Shown here piece by piece: positions 56,944 through 64,000 of a DNA stretch of 64,000 nucleotides. A model generated the notes under the pieces. That model did not search any database and was not told the DNA's origin. It worked only from the letters and a program-made list of their open reading frames with translations. Position numbers and translations under genes: made by a program. The DNA comes from Candidatus Micrarchaeota archaeon. Its GTDB lineage: Archaea > Micrarchaeota > Micrarchaeia > Anstonellales > Bilamarchaeaceae. Location of the stretch: NCBI GenBank assembly GCA_964588555.1, contig CAZPPT010000006.1, positions 12,092 to 76,091 on the forward strand. Reading direction: 5' to 3'. Each line of letters starts with the position of its first letter. Positions within the stretch are counted from its first letter, which is position 1.

Positions 56944-57642
56944 ATGAAAAAAATGGGTGTTGAAGATCTTGGTGGAATAATAGTCCAATCAATTAATGAA
57001 AGCTTCATAAAAATGGTAAACGACACTGCGGCACTCCTGCCGGGCTTGGTCACGCTGGTGTTACTCTTCATACTTGGTTACATATTGGGGACGCTCCTAA
57101 AGGCGTTTGTAAAGCAGTTCCTCAACAGCATCAAGTTTGAAAAGTACCTCAAGGCACACGGCCTTGAAGACTCGCTTGGAAAGGTTGAGTTGACCGAAGT
57201 GATTGCACAGATTTTCAAGTACTACCTGTGGCTTCTTGTATTGCAGATAGCACTTACGCAGCTTGGGCCGGGCTTGAGCGCACTCACCGACTTTATCCGG
57301 GAGATGATCTTCATTGCACCGGTAGTCCTCGGTTCAGTTGCGCTTGTTGTCGTGGCTGCAATCTTTGGCGAATGGGTACGCGAGAAAATCGTGGAAGTTG
57401 GTAAGGAGCCATACCTTAAAACGCTTGGGAAGTTGTTCAAATATTTCATCATCTTCCTTGCAATTATCGTAGGCCTTGACACACTTAACTTCCAAACCGC
57501 AATCATCAAGATGGTCATCATGGCCGTGCTTGTCGCAGTGGCGGTCGGGTTTGGTTTGGCAGTCGGGATTGCGTTTGGGCTTGCAGGGCAGGATACGGCA
57601 AAGGACCTTATCAAGTCTGCGAGGAACACGTTCCACATCTAA
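56944..57642 (+). CDS. Integral membrane protein (hypothetical)
   Basis: Five to six predicted TM helices. No motif. Confidence 0.5.
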   Translation: MKKMGVEDLGGIIVQSINESFIKMVNDTAALLPGLVTLVLLFILGYILGTLLKAFVKQFLNSIKFEKYLKAHGLEDSLGKVELTEVIAQIFKYYLWLLVLQIALTQLGPGLSALTDFIREMIFIAPVVLGSVALVVVAAIFGEWVREKIVEVGKEPYLKTLGKLFKYFIIFLAIIVGLDTLNFQTAIIKMVIMAVLVAVAVGFGLAVGIAFGLAGQDTAKDLIKSARNTFHI

Positions 57643-57690
57643 ATTTTTCTTTTTTTATTTTCTTTTTATTTTTCTTTCGAGATCGTTTGA
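57643..57690 (+). terminator. Oligo-T terminator region
   Basis: AAATTTTTCTTTTTTTATTTTCTTTTTATTTTTCTTT. Confidence 0.4.
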
Positions 57691-57733
57691 AAGCAAGTAA
57701 CTTATTTTAAATTGTTGTAATAATGATTATCGC

Positions 57734-58516
57734 ATGACACAAAACGCAGTTCATCTTGAGCTTAAGCGCATGGTTGTTGAACGAGGAAAATATGCGCATT
57801 CAATGCAAGGAAAAGTCCCTGTAGAATTAAAAGGCGCAAAGGATACGGTAACAGGCGTCGATAAAGAAAATGGTGCGGCAATCCGGGACGCGCTTAGAAA
57901 GATCGATCCGACGCTTAGTTTTCTTGATGAAGAAGCGGGCACCTTAAGCGGAACGGGGCATGTCCTTATTATCACTGACCCGCTTGACGCAACGACCAAT
58001 TTTACGCTCGGAAGATATGAGTATGCGGTTATGGGTGCTGCGCTTGAAAATAACGAGGTTGTCTATGCAGTCATCACAGTACCTGCACATGGCGAGGTCT
58101 TCACTGCGGAAAAAGGAAAGGGTGCATTTCTTAACGACAAGCCGATCCGTGTGCGGGAGCCTGCATCGCTTGCTGAAGCGGTTATCAGCTGCAACCGAAG
58201 TAATTACCCAAATGATCAGGCAATCGAATTTGGATTAGGCATCCTACGGATACTTGCAAAAAATGCCCGCTCGTGGAGGAATTTCGGTACTGCCGGTTAC
58301 GAATATGCAGATGTTGCATGCGGCCGCCTTGACGGCATTATCACGCCAATTGCGGAAAGTGTGCATGTTGCGGGATACCTTATTATGGAAGAAGCAGGGG
58401 CACGAGTAACTGATGAGGTTGGGAACCGATCAACACTTACATCCAAAATGATTGTTGCCGCGCACCCGAATATTCACGACGAGCTCCTTAAGATTGTACA
58501 GAGCATATGCCAATGA
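57734..58516 (+). CDS. suhB: Inositol monophosphatase / fructose-1,6-bisphosphatase family protein
   Basis: FLDEEAG, IITDPLDATTNF (DPxDxT) and YADVACGRLDG (WDxAAG-like) motifs. Confidence 0.8.
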   Translation: MTQNAVHLELKRMVVERGKYAHSMQGKVPVELKGAKDTVTGVDKENGAAIRDALRKIDPTLSFLDEEAGTLSGTGHVLIITDPLDATTNFTLGRYEYAVMGAALENNEVVYAVITVPAHGEVFTAEKGKGAFLNDKPIRVREPASLAEAVISCNRSNYPNDQAIEFGLGILRILAKNARSWRNFGTAGYEYADVACGRLDGIITPIAESVHVAGYLIMEEAGARVTDEVGNRSTLTSKMIVAAHPNIHDELLKIVQSICQ

Positions 58517-58603
58517 ACGTACGCCTCTAATTTCTTGTAAGCTCAAGCGGCCCTGCGCCGTAGAAAATATAGCTTTATAACCGTTTCAAGCACTAATATA
58601 TTC

Positions 58604-58990
58604 ATGAAAGCGCCCGAAATAGCGTCCATTGCAAACAAGCTCGAATCGCTCAAAAACATTAAGATCGCAATCCTTTTCGGTTCCCGGGCAAAAGGAACTG
58701 CACGGGCAGATTCTGATATTGATATTTGTGTGATGGGCACAACAAAGGATGCGGAGGAAAAGGCGCTTGAATATGGATTTGTTAATGTTGATATTGTCCC
58801 CTTTCATCGCATTCCCCTCGCAGTTCAATACAGGGTTTTCAAGGATGGGAAAATTCTTTTTTCGAAAGATGATACATTATTACAAAAAACCAAATTTTGG
58901 ACGATAAAACGTTATTTGGATGAAAAGCACTGGCGTGACAAATTTACGAAGAAGGTGCTCGCAACAAATATAAAGAAGGAGGCAAGCTGA
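58604..58990 (+). CDS. Nucleotidyltransferase-domain protein (orphan MNT-like)
   Basis: ILFGSRAKGTARADSDIDICV NTase motif. Confidence 0.65.
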   Translation: MKAPEIASIANKLESLKNIKIAILFGSRAKGTARADSDIDICVMGTTKDAEEKALEYGFVNVDIVPFHRIPLAVQYRVFKDGKILFSKDDTLLQKTKFWTIKRYLDEKHWRDKFTKKVLATNIKKEAS

Positions 58991-58991
58991 T

Positions 58992-60215
58992 ATGAAAGCA
59001 GTCGTACTTGCAGCAGGGCAGGGGGTGCGCTTAAAGCCGCTTACTAATACGCGGCCAAAGGTGATGCTCCAGGTTGCAGGAAAGCCGCTTTTGCACCATC
59101 TTCTTTTGGAACTTAAAAAGGCAAAAATCACCGAAGTAGTCATTGTAGTTAGATACATGAAGGAGAAGATAATCGACTATTTCAAAACTGTTGACCTGGG
59201 GATGAAAATAACCTTTGTCGAGCAAGGAGAAAACAACGGTACTGGTGCCGCACTTCTTGCAGCGGAAAATAAGATAGATGATGATTTTATTGTGCTAGCC
59301 GGGGACATGGTAACTGAAAGCGGAGCAATAAAAGATGTCATCCAAGCACATGAAAAGGGGGTAACCCTTGCGCTTAAACACGTTAGCAAACCGCAAGGGT
59401 ATGGGGTAGCGCACGTAACAAATGGGAAAGTTACCAGTTTTGAGGAAAAACCAACAAAACCAAAGAGCGACCTTGCAAACATCAGTATCTATGGCATGGG
59501 CCGTGATGTGTTTGACCAGGTACGAAAGCTAAAGCCAAGTATCCGTGGCGAATATGAGCTTACTGATCTATTGGTCGGTGCCCGCGCCGTCATTACAGGC
59601 AGGTTTTGGCTTGACGTCGGCTACCCGTGGCATCTTTTTGCCGCAAACGAGTGGCTTCTTGGAAAGATGGATGCCCGAAACGAGGCGGTTGAGAACTCTA
59701 CCATTAATGGCCGCGTCATCATGGAAAACGGGGCACGCGTGTTTGACAGCTATGTCGAGGGAACATGCTACATTGGGGAGGGAAGCATCATTGGGCCGCA
59801 TGCGTGCATCAAAGGGGCGACAAGCATCGGCAGGAATTGTGAAATTGGCGATTCTACGACTGTGAAAAACAGCATTCTTTTTGACGGTGTGAAGGCAAAG
59901 CACCTTTCATATATCGGGGACAGCGTGATTGGCGACAATGCCAATTTTGGCGCAGGGACGCAAGTTGCAAACTACCGTTTTGATGAGAAAAACGTCCTTG
60001 TGATAGCAGAGCGCGGCTGGGTCAATACCGGAAGGAAAAAGCTTGGCGCCATTGTCGGGGACAACGTAAAGTTTGGCGTCCTTTCATGTACCATGCCCGG
60101 GAAGCTTATCGGTGAGAACTGTTGGATCGGCTCAGGGGTCACCGTGAACCAGAACATCGAGCCGGATACGCACGTGTTTGTTGAGCAGAAACTAATACTG
60201 GCGAAGAGGAAATAA
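58992..60215 (+). CDS. glmU: Bifunctional sugar-1-phosphate nucleotidyltransferase / left-handed beta-helix acyltransferase (archaeal GlmU-like)
   Basis: N-terminal MKAVVLAAGQGVRLKPLTNTRPKVML NTP-transferase motif. C-terminal hexapeptide repeats (IGDSTTVKNSILFDGVKAKHLSYIGDSVIGDNANFGAGT). Confidence 0.8.
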   Translation: MKAVVLAAGQGVRLKPLTNTRPKVMLQVAGKPLLHHLLLELKKAKITEVVIVVRYMKEKIIDYFKTVDLGMKITFVEQGENNGTGAALLAAENKIDDDFIVLAGDMVTESGAIKDVIQAHEKGVTLALKHVSKPQGYGVAHVTNGKVTSFEEKPTKPKSDLANISIYGMGRDVFDQVRKLKPSIRGEYELTDLLVGARAVITGRFWLDVGYPWHLFAANEWLLGKMDARNEAVENSTINGRVIMENGARVFDSYVEGTCYIGEGSIIGPHACIKGATSIGRNCEIGDSTTVKNSILFDGVKAKHLSYIGDSVIGDNANFGAGTQVANYRFDEKNVLVIAERGWVNTGRKKLGAIVGDNVKFGVLSCTMPGKLIGENCWIGSGVTVNQNIEPDTHVFVEQKLILAKRK

Positions 60216-60500
60216 TTATTTCCATTCCTGATCGTATTCATTATCCCATAATTCTTTCATTTTAGGTTTCTGAATATAGCTAAGAAATTGATTGTCACGT
60301 TTAGATTGTTTCGCTATTTGTATAATAATCTCATCACCCGCCTTCACCTCATACTCCTTCGCAAACGATCCCTGGTTAATCGCAACTTCGATCCGCTTGT
60401 AATCGTCCTTCATGATCAGTTCTTCTCCCTTTGGAACTTCTCCAAACGTACGAATGAACGGAACCAAAACGCGCTTCTTATTAACTTGTCCCGGATAGAT

Positions 60501-61511
60501 ATGTTCTTAAAAACAAACCATAATAATGCATTTATGGCAATTTATAGACCAGCCGTTAATGACATGAAAAAATTGGCAGAACAAGGGACTCACCGGCAGG
60601 TTTGTGAATTTCTTCAAAAACACGGCCATGACACGCGTGCAGTAAGCGTATTGGTTGAACACATGAAAGAACCACGACAACGGGAAGCGCGGGCATGGGA
60701 ATTGGAGCCGGATAACCTTGTGTTTTCTCTTCGAAGTTATTTCTGTGTAATCCTACGGGCAAAAAAAGGAAACTTGTTAGGGTACTTTGGCGTGCCTCAA
60801 GAAAATCCATTTTTTGGAGAAAACAGTGATGTTTATTCATTTTTTAGAGCAGAATCACGGTATGTAGATGGGGTTGCCGTATTTAAAGGCGAAGAACTTA
60901 GTTCCCCATTAATTTTAGGGGGGTACTTCTATTTTGCCTTTGATTATGCGCATTTGCATGATTTTGTACCAAAAGAACATGCGCTGGAACATGAAGAGTT
61001 ATCTCATGACTCAACAAAGGTAAGACCAAGAAACCTAATAGCGGCCGTAAAAGAAGCGTTTGAACCAGTTGTAGCAAATAATCCCCGGATGGAGGAAAAA
61101 CTAGCAAACCTTCCTGCCTTGCCACTGTTTGAGCCAGAAGTATTAATCTATAGGGATATCACCGTATGCATGGCTGGGTTAAGAGAAATGGCTGAGCGAA
61201 TGGACAGACTAGTTGGGCTTTTTAGGAAGCATCCTCAATTACACGATTTAAAGAAGCGATATCGACAAGAAAAATTCGGCCCGTTTGCTTCGCCATTAGA
61301 ATTCTATAGATATTGTACTCAAATAGATGCTGAAATATCTGCGGCAATGCCTGGCATAGGGTGGGGGCCAGAGGCCGACGAAATGTACGTGGCAATGAAA
61401 AATGCAAAAATGAGTTCAGAACTGGGATGGGATTACGAAAAGAGCAAACGGGAACTGCCAAATATAAAAGCAGAAATAAACAGACTGCTCGATACAATAT
61501 TTCCTGAATAA
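60501..61511 (+). CDS. Hypothetical protein
   Basis: The ORF extends to 60288, but that region is Leu/Arg/Phe junk overlapping a minus-strand small ORF. The start is taken at 60501 (MFLK) or 60534. Confidence 0.4.
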   Translation: MFLKTNHNNAFMAIYRPAVNDMKKLAEQGTHRQVCEFLQKHGHDTRAVSVLVEHMKEPRQREARAWELEPDNLVFSLRSYFCVILRAKKGNLLGYFGVPQENPFFGENSDVYSFFRAESRYVDGVAVFKGEELSSPLILGGYFYFAFDYAHLHDFVPKEHALEHEELSHDSTKVRPRNLIAAVKEAFEPVVANNPRMEEKLANLPALPLFEPEVLIYRDITVCMAGLREMAERMDRLVGLFRKHPQLHDLKKRYRQEKFGPFASPLEFYRYCTQIDAEISAAMPGIGWGPEADEMYVAMKNAKMSSELGWDYEKSKRELPNIKAEINRLLDTIFPE

Positions 61512-61518
61512 AAAAAAT

Positions 61519-61901
61519 GCACGGGACAAGATTTGTTCCTCCAAGCCTTTTTAGTTGAAGCCTTTTTAGAATCATAAGCCTTTCTCGTATGAAAAAGGCT
61601 TCATCCAAAAACATGGAAACCACGTTTTTGTGAACTTTTTTCTAAAAAGTTCAAGGCTTGACCCAAAAACAGAAGAACCTGTTATTGGTTTCTAATAAGG
61701 ATAGTACGCCCGTTTCTTTTGGGGTACTAGACCTTTTCTTTCCAAAAGAAAAGGTCTAGGCTTGAACTTGTGTAGGCACTAAGCCACCGAACCCTGAATC
61801 CGGCGCAGAACCACAGTTTCCCGTTTCCCGTAGCCAGTTTTGTTTCCACAAGACTGAAAACTCGAGACTGAAAACTGATTTGGCCGCTCTGCCACCCGTG
61901 C
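61519..61901 (-). tRNA. tRNA-Leu(CAG) with two introns (D-loop ~70 nt; T-loop ~165 nt)
   Basis: Minus-strand exons: GCACGGG TG GCAG AGCGGCCAAA[intron]CTGC G CCGGA UUCAGGG TTCGG TGGCTTAGTGCCTAC ACAAG TTCAAGC[intron]CTTGT CCCGTGC A, then T8. Long variable arm with GGC/GCC stem. Discriminator A73. An extra GCACGGG copy at 61945-61951 is unexplained. Confidence 0.55.
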
Positions 61902-62111
61902 GAACGAAGTGAGCGCGGGGCATTGTTCAAGTTGAACAATCCAACCCGTGCGTCAAACTTTTCCTAAAAGTTTGATCAAAACGCTCTTTTTATCCAAAAC
62001 TGATTAGGTAAGGAAACTAACAGGTGTAGAGAAGAGTTTTAAACCTTATTCTATATACAATAGTATCGTATTCTAGTGAAAGTCTGATTATAATTTGTAA
62101 TCTATTTAGAG

Positions 62112-63773
62112 GTGAATTGTATGACTAAGCAAGTAGGTGGAGAACAAGTGTATGTATTGCCCGAAGGCTCACAGCGTGTTTTAGGACGCGATGCAATGCG
62201 CGTAAACATAGCAATCGGCTATGCAGTCGCAAACATCGTAAAGACAACTCTGGGCCCAAAAGGTATGGACAAGATGCTTGTAAGCGACTTAGGGGACATC
62301 GTCATCACAAACGACGGCGCAACAATTTTGGAAGAGATGAACGTTGACCACCCGGCAGCAAAGCTCATGGTTGAAGTAGCAAAGACGCAGGACAAGGAAG
62401 TCGGCGACGGCACTACTACGAGCGTCGTAATTGCAGGAAACCTCCTCAAACGAGCAGGGGAGATGCTTGACAACAGCATCCACCCGACAACCATCATCAA
62501 GGGCTACGAGCTTGCAGCACGCAAGGCTGAAGAAACATTAAATGCAGTGGCTGAAAAGGTAACGCTTGAAGACACCGCAACGCTTAATAACATTGCAATG
62601 GTTGCCATCGGCTCAAAAGGGATCGGCACTGATGCAGAAAAGCGAAAGATAGCTGAAAGTATCGTCAAGGCGGTCACGCAGGTAGCTGAAAAGCGAAACG
62701 ACAAGATCGTCGTTGACCAGGAACTTATCAAGATTGAAAAGAAATCGGGAAGCGAAGTCGCAGCAGAGCTTATCGAAGGCGTCCTTATTGACAAGGAAAT
62801 TGTGCACGCAGGCATGCCAAAGACGGTCAAGGATGCAAAGATTGCACTCCTTGACGCGGCACTCGAAATTGAGAAGACTGAGACGGACGCAAAAATCGAG
62901 ATTACCTCACCCGACCAGATGGAGGCATTCCTCAAGCAGGAGGAAAAAATGCTCCGCGAGATGGTCGACAAGATCGCAAATACGGGGGCAAGCATCGTAT
63001 TCTGCCAAAAGGGCATTGACGACCTTGCACAGCATTACCTTGCAAAGAAGGGCATTGCGGCAGTACGCAGGGTAAAGAAGAGCGACATGGAGAAACTTTC
63101 ACGCGCAACCGGTGCGGCAATCGCATCAAGCCTTGAGGACATAAAGAAAGAGGACCTCGGGTTTGCAGGGCTTGTTGAGGAGAAACGAGTCTCAGGTGAG
63201 GCAATGGTGTTTGTCCGCAACTGCAAGAACCCCCGAAGCGTCACGCTCTTTGTCCGCGGTGCAACAGAGCACGTCGTAAGCGAAGTAGAACGTGCAGTCG
63301 TTGACTCGCGCGGTGCGGTATCAAGCGCACTTGAAGAGGGGCACTTTGTCGTCGGCGGCGGAAGCGTTGAGATGGAATTAAGCAAGGCGCTTAACAGCTA
63401 TGCAGTTGAGATTGGCGGCCGTGAACAATTGGCTGTCCAGGCATTTGCAGAGGCGCTTGAGGCAATCCCGAGGACCTTGGCGGAAAACGCAGGTATGGAC
63501 TCAATTGATGCAATCGTAACGCTTAAGAACAAGCACAAGAAGGATGACGGCAAATACTTCGGCGTTAATGTCTGGAGTGGGCAGGTCGAAGAGCTCAAGT
63601 CGAAGGGCGTCTATGAGCCTGCAAAGGTAAAAAGGCAGGCAATTGCAAGTGCAACTGAAACAACCCGGTTAATTCTAAGAATCGACGATATCATTTCAAG
63701 CCGAGGCAAGGGCGGCGGTATGCCACCTGGCGGTCCTGGCGGTATGGGCGGCATGGGTCCGGACATGGAATAG
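62112..63773 (+). CDS. ths: Thermosome subunit (group II chaperonin)
   Basis: [32 protein letters not shown]...[10 protein letters not shown] equatorial motifs and a C-terminal [16 protein letters not shown] tail. An alternative start is MTKQ at 62121. Confidence 0.9.
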   Translation: MNCMTKQVGGEQVYVLPEGSQRVLGRDAMRVNIAIGYAVANIVKTTLGPKGMDKMLVSDLGDIVITNDGATILEEMNVDHPAAKLMVEVAKTQDKEVGDGTTTSVVIAGNLLKRAGEMLDNSIHPTTIIKGYELAARKAEETLNAVAEKVTLEDTATLNNIAMVAIGSKGIGTDAEKRKIAESIVKAVTQVAEKRNDKIVVDQELIKIEKKSGSEVAAELIEGVLIDKEIVHAGMPKTVKDAKIALLDAALEIEKTETDAKIEITSPDQMEAFLKQEEKMLREMVDKIANTGASIVFCQKGIDDLAQHYLAKKGIAAVRRVKKSDMEKLSRATGAAIASSLEDIKKEDLGFAGLVEEKRVSGEAMVFVRNCKNPRSVTLFVRGATEHVVSEVERAVVDSRGAVSSALEEGHFVVGGGSVEMELSKALNSYAVEIGGREQLAVQAFAEALEAIPRTLAENAGMDSIDAIVTLKNKHKKDDGKYFGVNVWSGQVEELKSKGVYEPAKVKRQAIASATETTRLILRIDDIISSRGKGGGMPPGGPGGMGGMGPDME

Positions 63774-63822
63774 TTTTTTTTATTTTTTCCTTTTCTTATT
63801 TTTGTTTTTTAAATTTACGTGT
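63774..63822 (+). terminator. Oligo-T terminator region after ths
   Basis: TAGTTTTTTTTTATTTTTTCCTTTTCTTATTTTTGTTTTTT. Confidence 0.45.
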
Positions 63823-64000
63823 ACTAATTATAACATGGCAAGTAGCGAAGATACTTTTTGGAAAAAGACAATCGAACAATCATTACAGAGAGCGTGGGAA
63901 AGAAAGGATGCGATCTGGGATACATATATGCCAAATCGTTCTCTTTATTAACATTTCTATGTATATGTACTCATATGAGCAGTGTAAACATCTCAATTAC

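Noticed and set aside
60216-60467. 83-aa minus-strand ORF
   Set aside because: It overlaps the junk N-terminal extension of the 60288-61511 ORF. The composition is plausible but it is unsupported, so it is left uncalled.
61902-61951. Second GCACGGG acceptor-like segment as an independent tRNA
   Set aside because: No compatible downstream exons. It is interpreted as a duplicated fragment or leader of tRNA-Leu rather than a separate gene.
1-64000. CRISPR arrays and rRNA genes
   Set aside because: No regularly spaced direct repeats and no rRNA-like segments were seen. The repeated elements found are tRNA-intron hairpins and the 120-bp element, not CRISPR.

Overview
This window reads as an archaeal chromosomal segment of about 48% GC. 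The archaeal hallmarks are a thermosome ending in GGM repeats, an archaeal-type AlaRS, Nop5, aPelota, PurP, a cupin-type PGI, CTP-type RibK, a Dph6-like PP-loop protein, Mtq2, a FlaJ/TadBC-like pair, oligo-T terminators and intron-rich tRNAs. The core content is a complete histidine operon (hisD, hisC-HAD fusion, hisB, hisG, hisH, hisA, hisF, hisIE) followed by hisS, then alaS, srp54, purD, purP, pdxT, a GlmU-like enzyme, an IMPase-family enzyme and a CPA2 antiporter. The accessory content includes two eukaryotic-like Ser/Thr kinases with PEGA tails, an NxT/S-rich surface glycoprotein candidate, and several toxin-antitoxin modules (HicBA, UPF0175/PIN, HEPN/MNT, a decayed AbiE pair).

The most unusual feature is a cluster of three full-length sigma-70-family paralogues at 2.2-6.7 kb, bearing bacterial region 2 (FSTYA/RQAI-type) and region 3/4 signatures. 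A stand-alone RNA polymerase alpha-CTD-like protein sits at 30.5 kb. No archaeal genome is expected to carry either.

Five tRNA genes were decoded by hand. Four of them carry introns at non-canonical positions: tRNA-Lys(CUU) with three introns, tRNA-Ala(CGC) with three, tRNA-Leu(CAG) with two, and tRNA-Gly(GCC) with a D-loop intron. tRNA-Phe(GAA) has only a canonical 37/38 intron. The introns share T-run/A-run hairpin modules. A 120-bp structured repeat occurs twice, once inserted inside an AbiEii-like pseudogene. A roughly 290-nt structured RNA candidate, possibly RNase P RNA, lies next to tRNA-Phe.

All calls are by eye from the sequence and the ORF track. No database searches were run.
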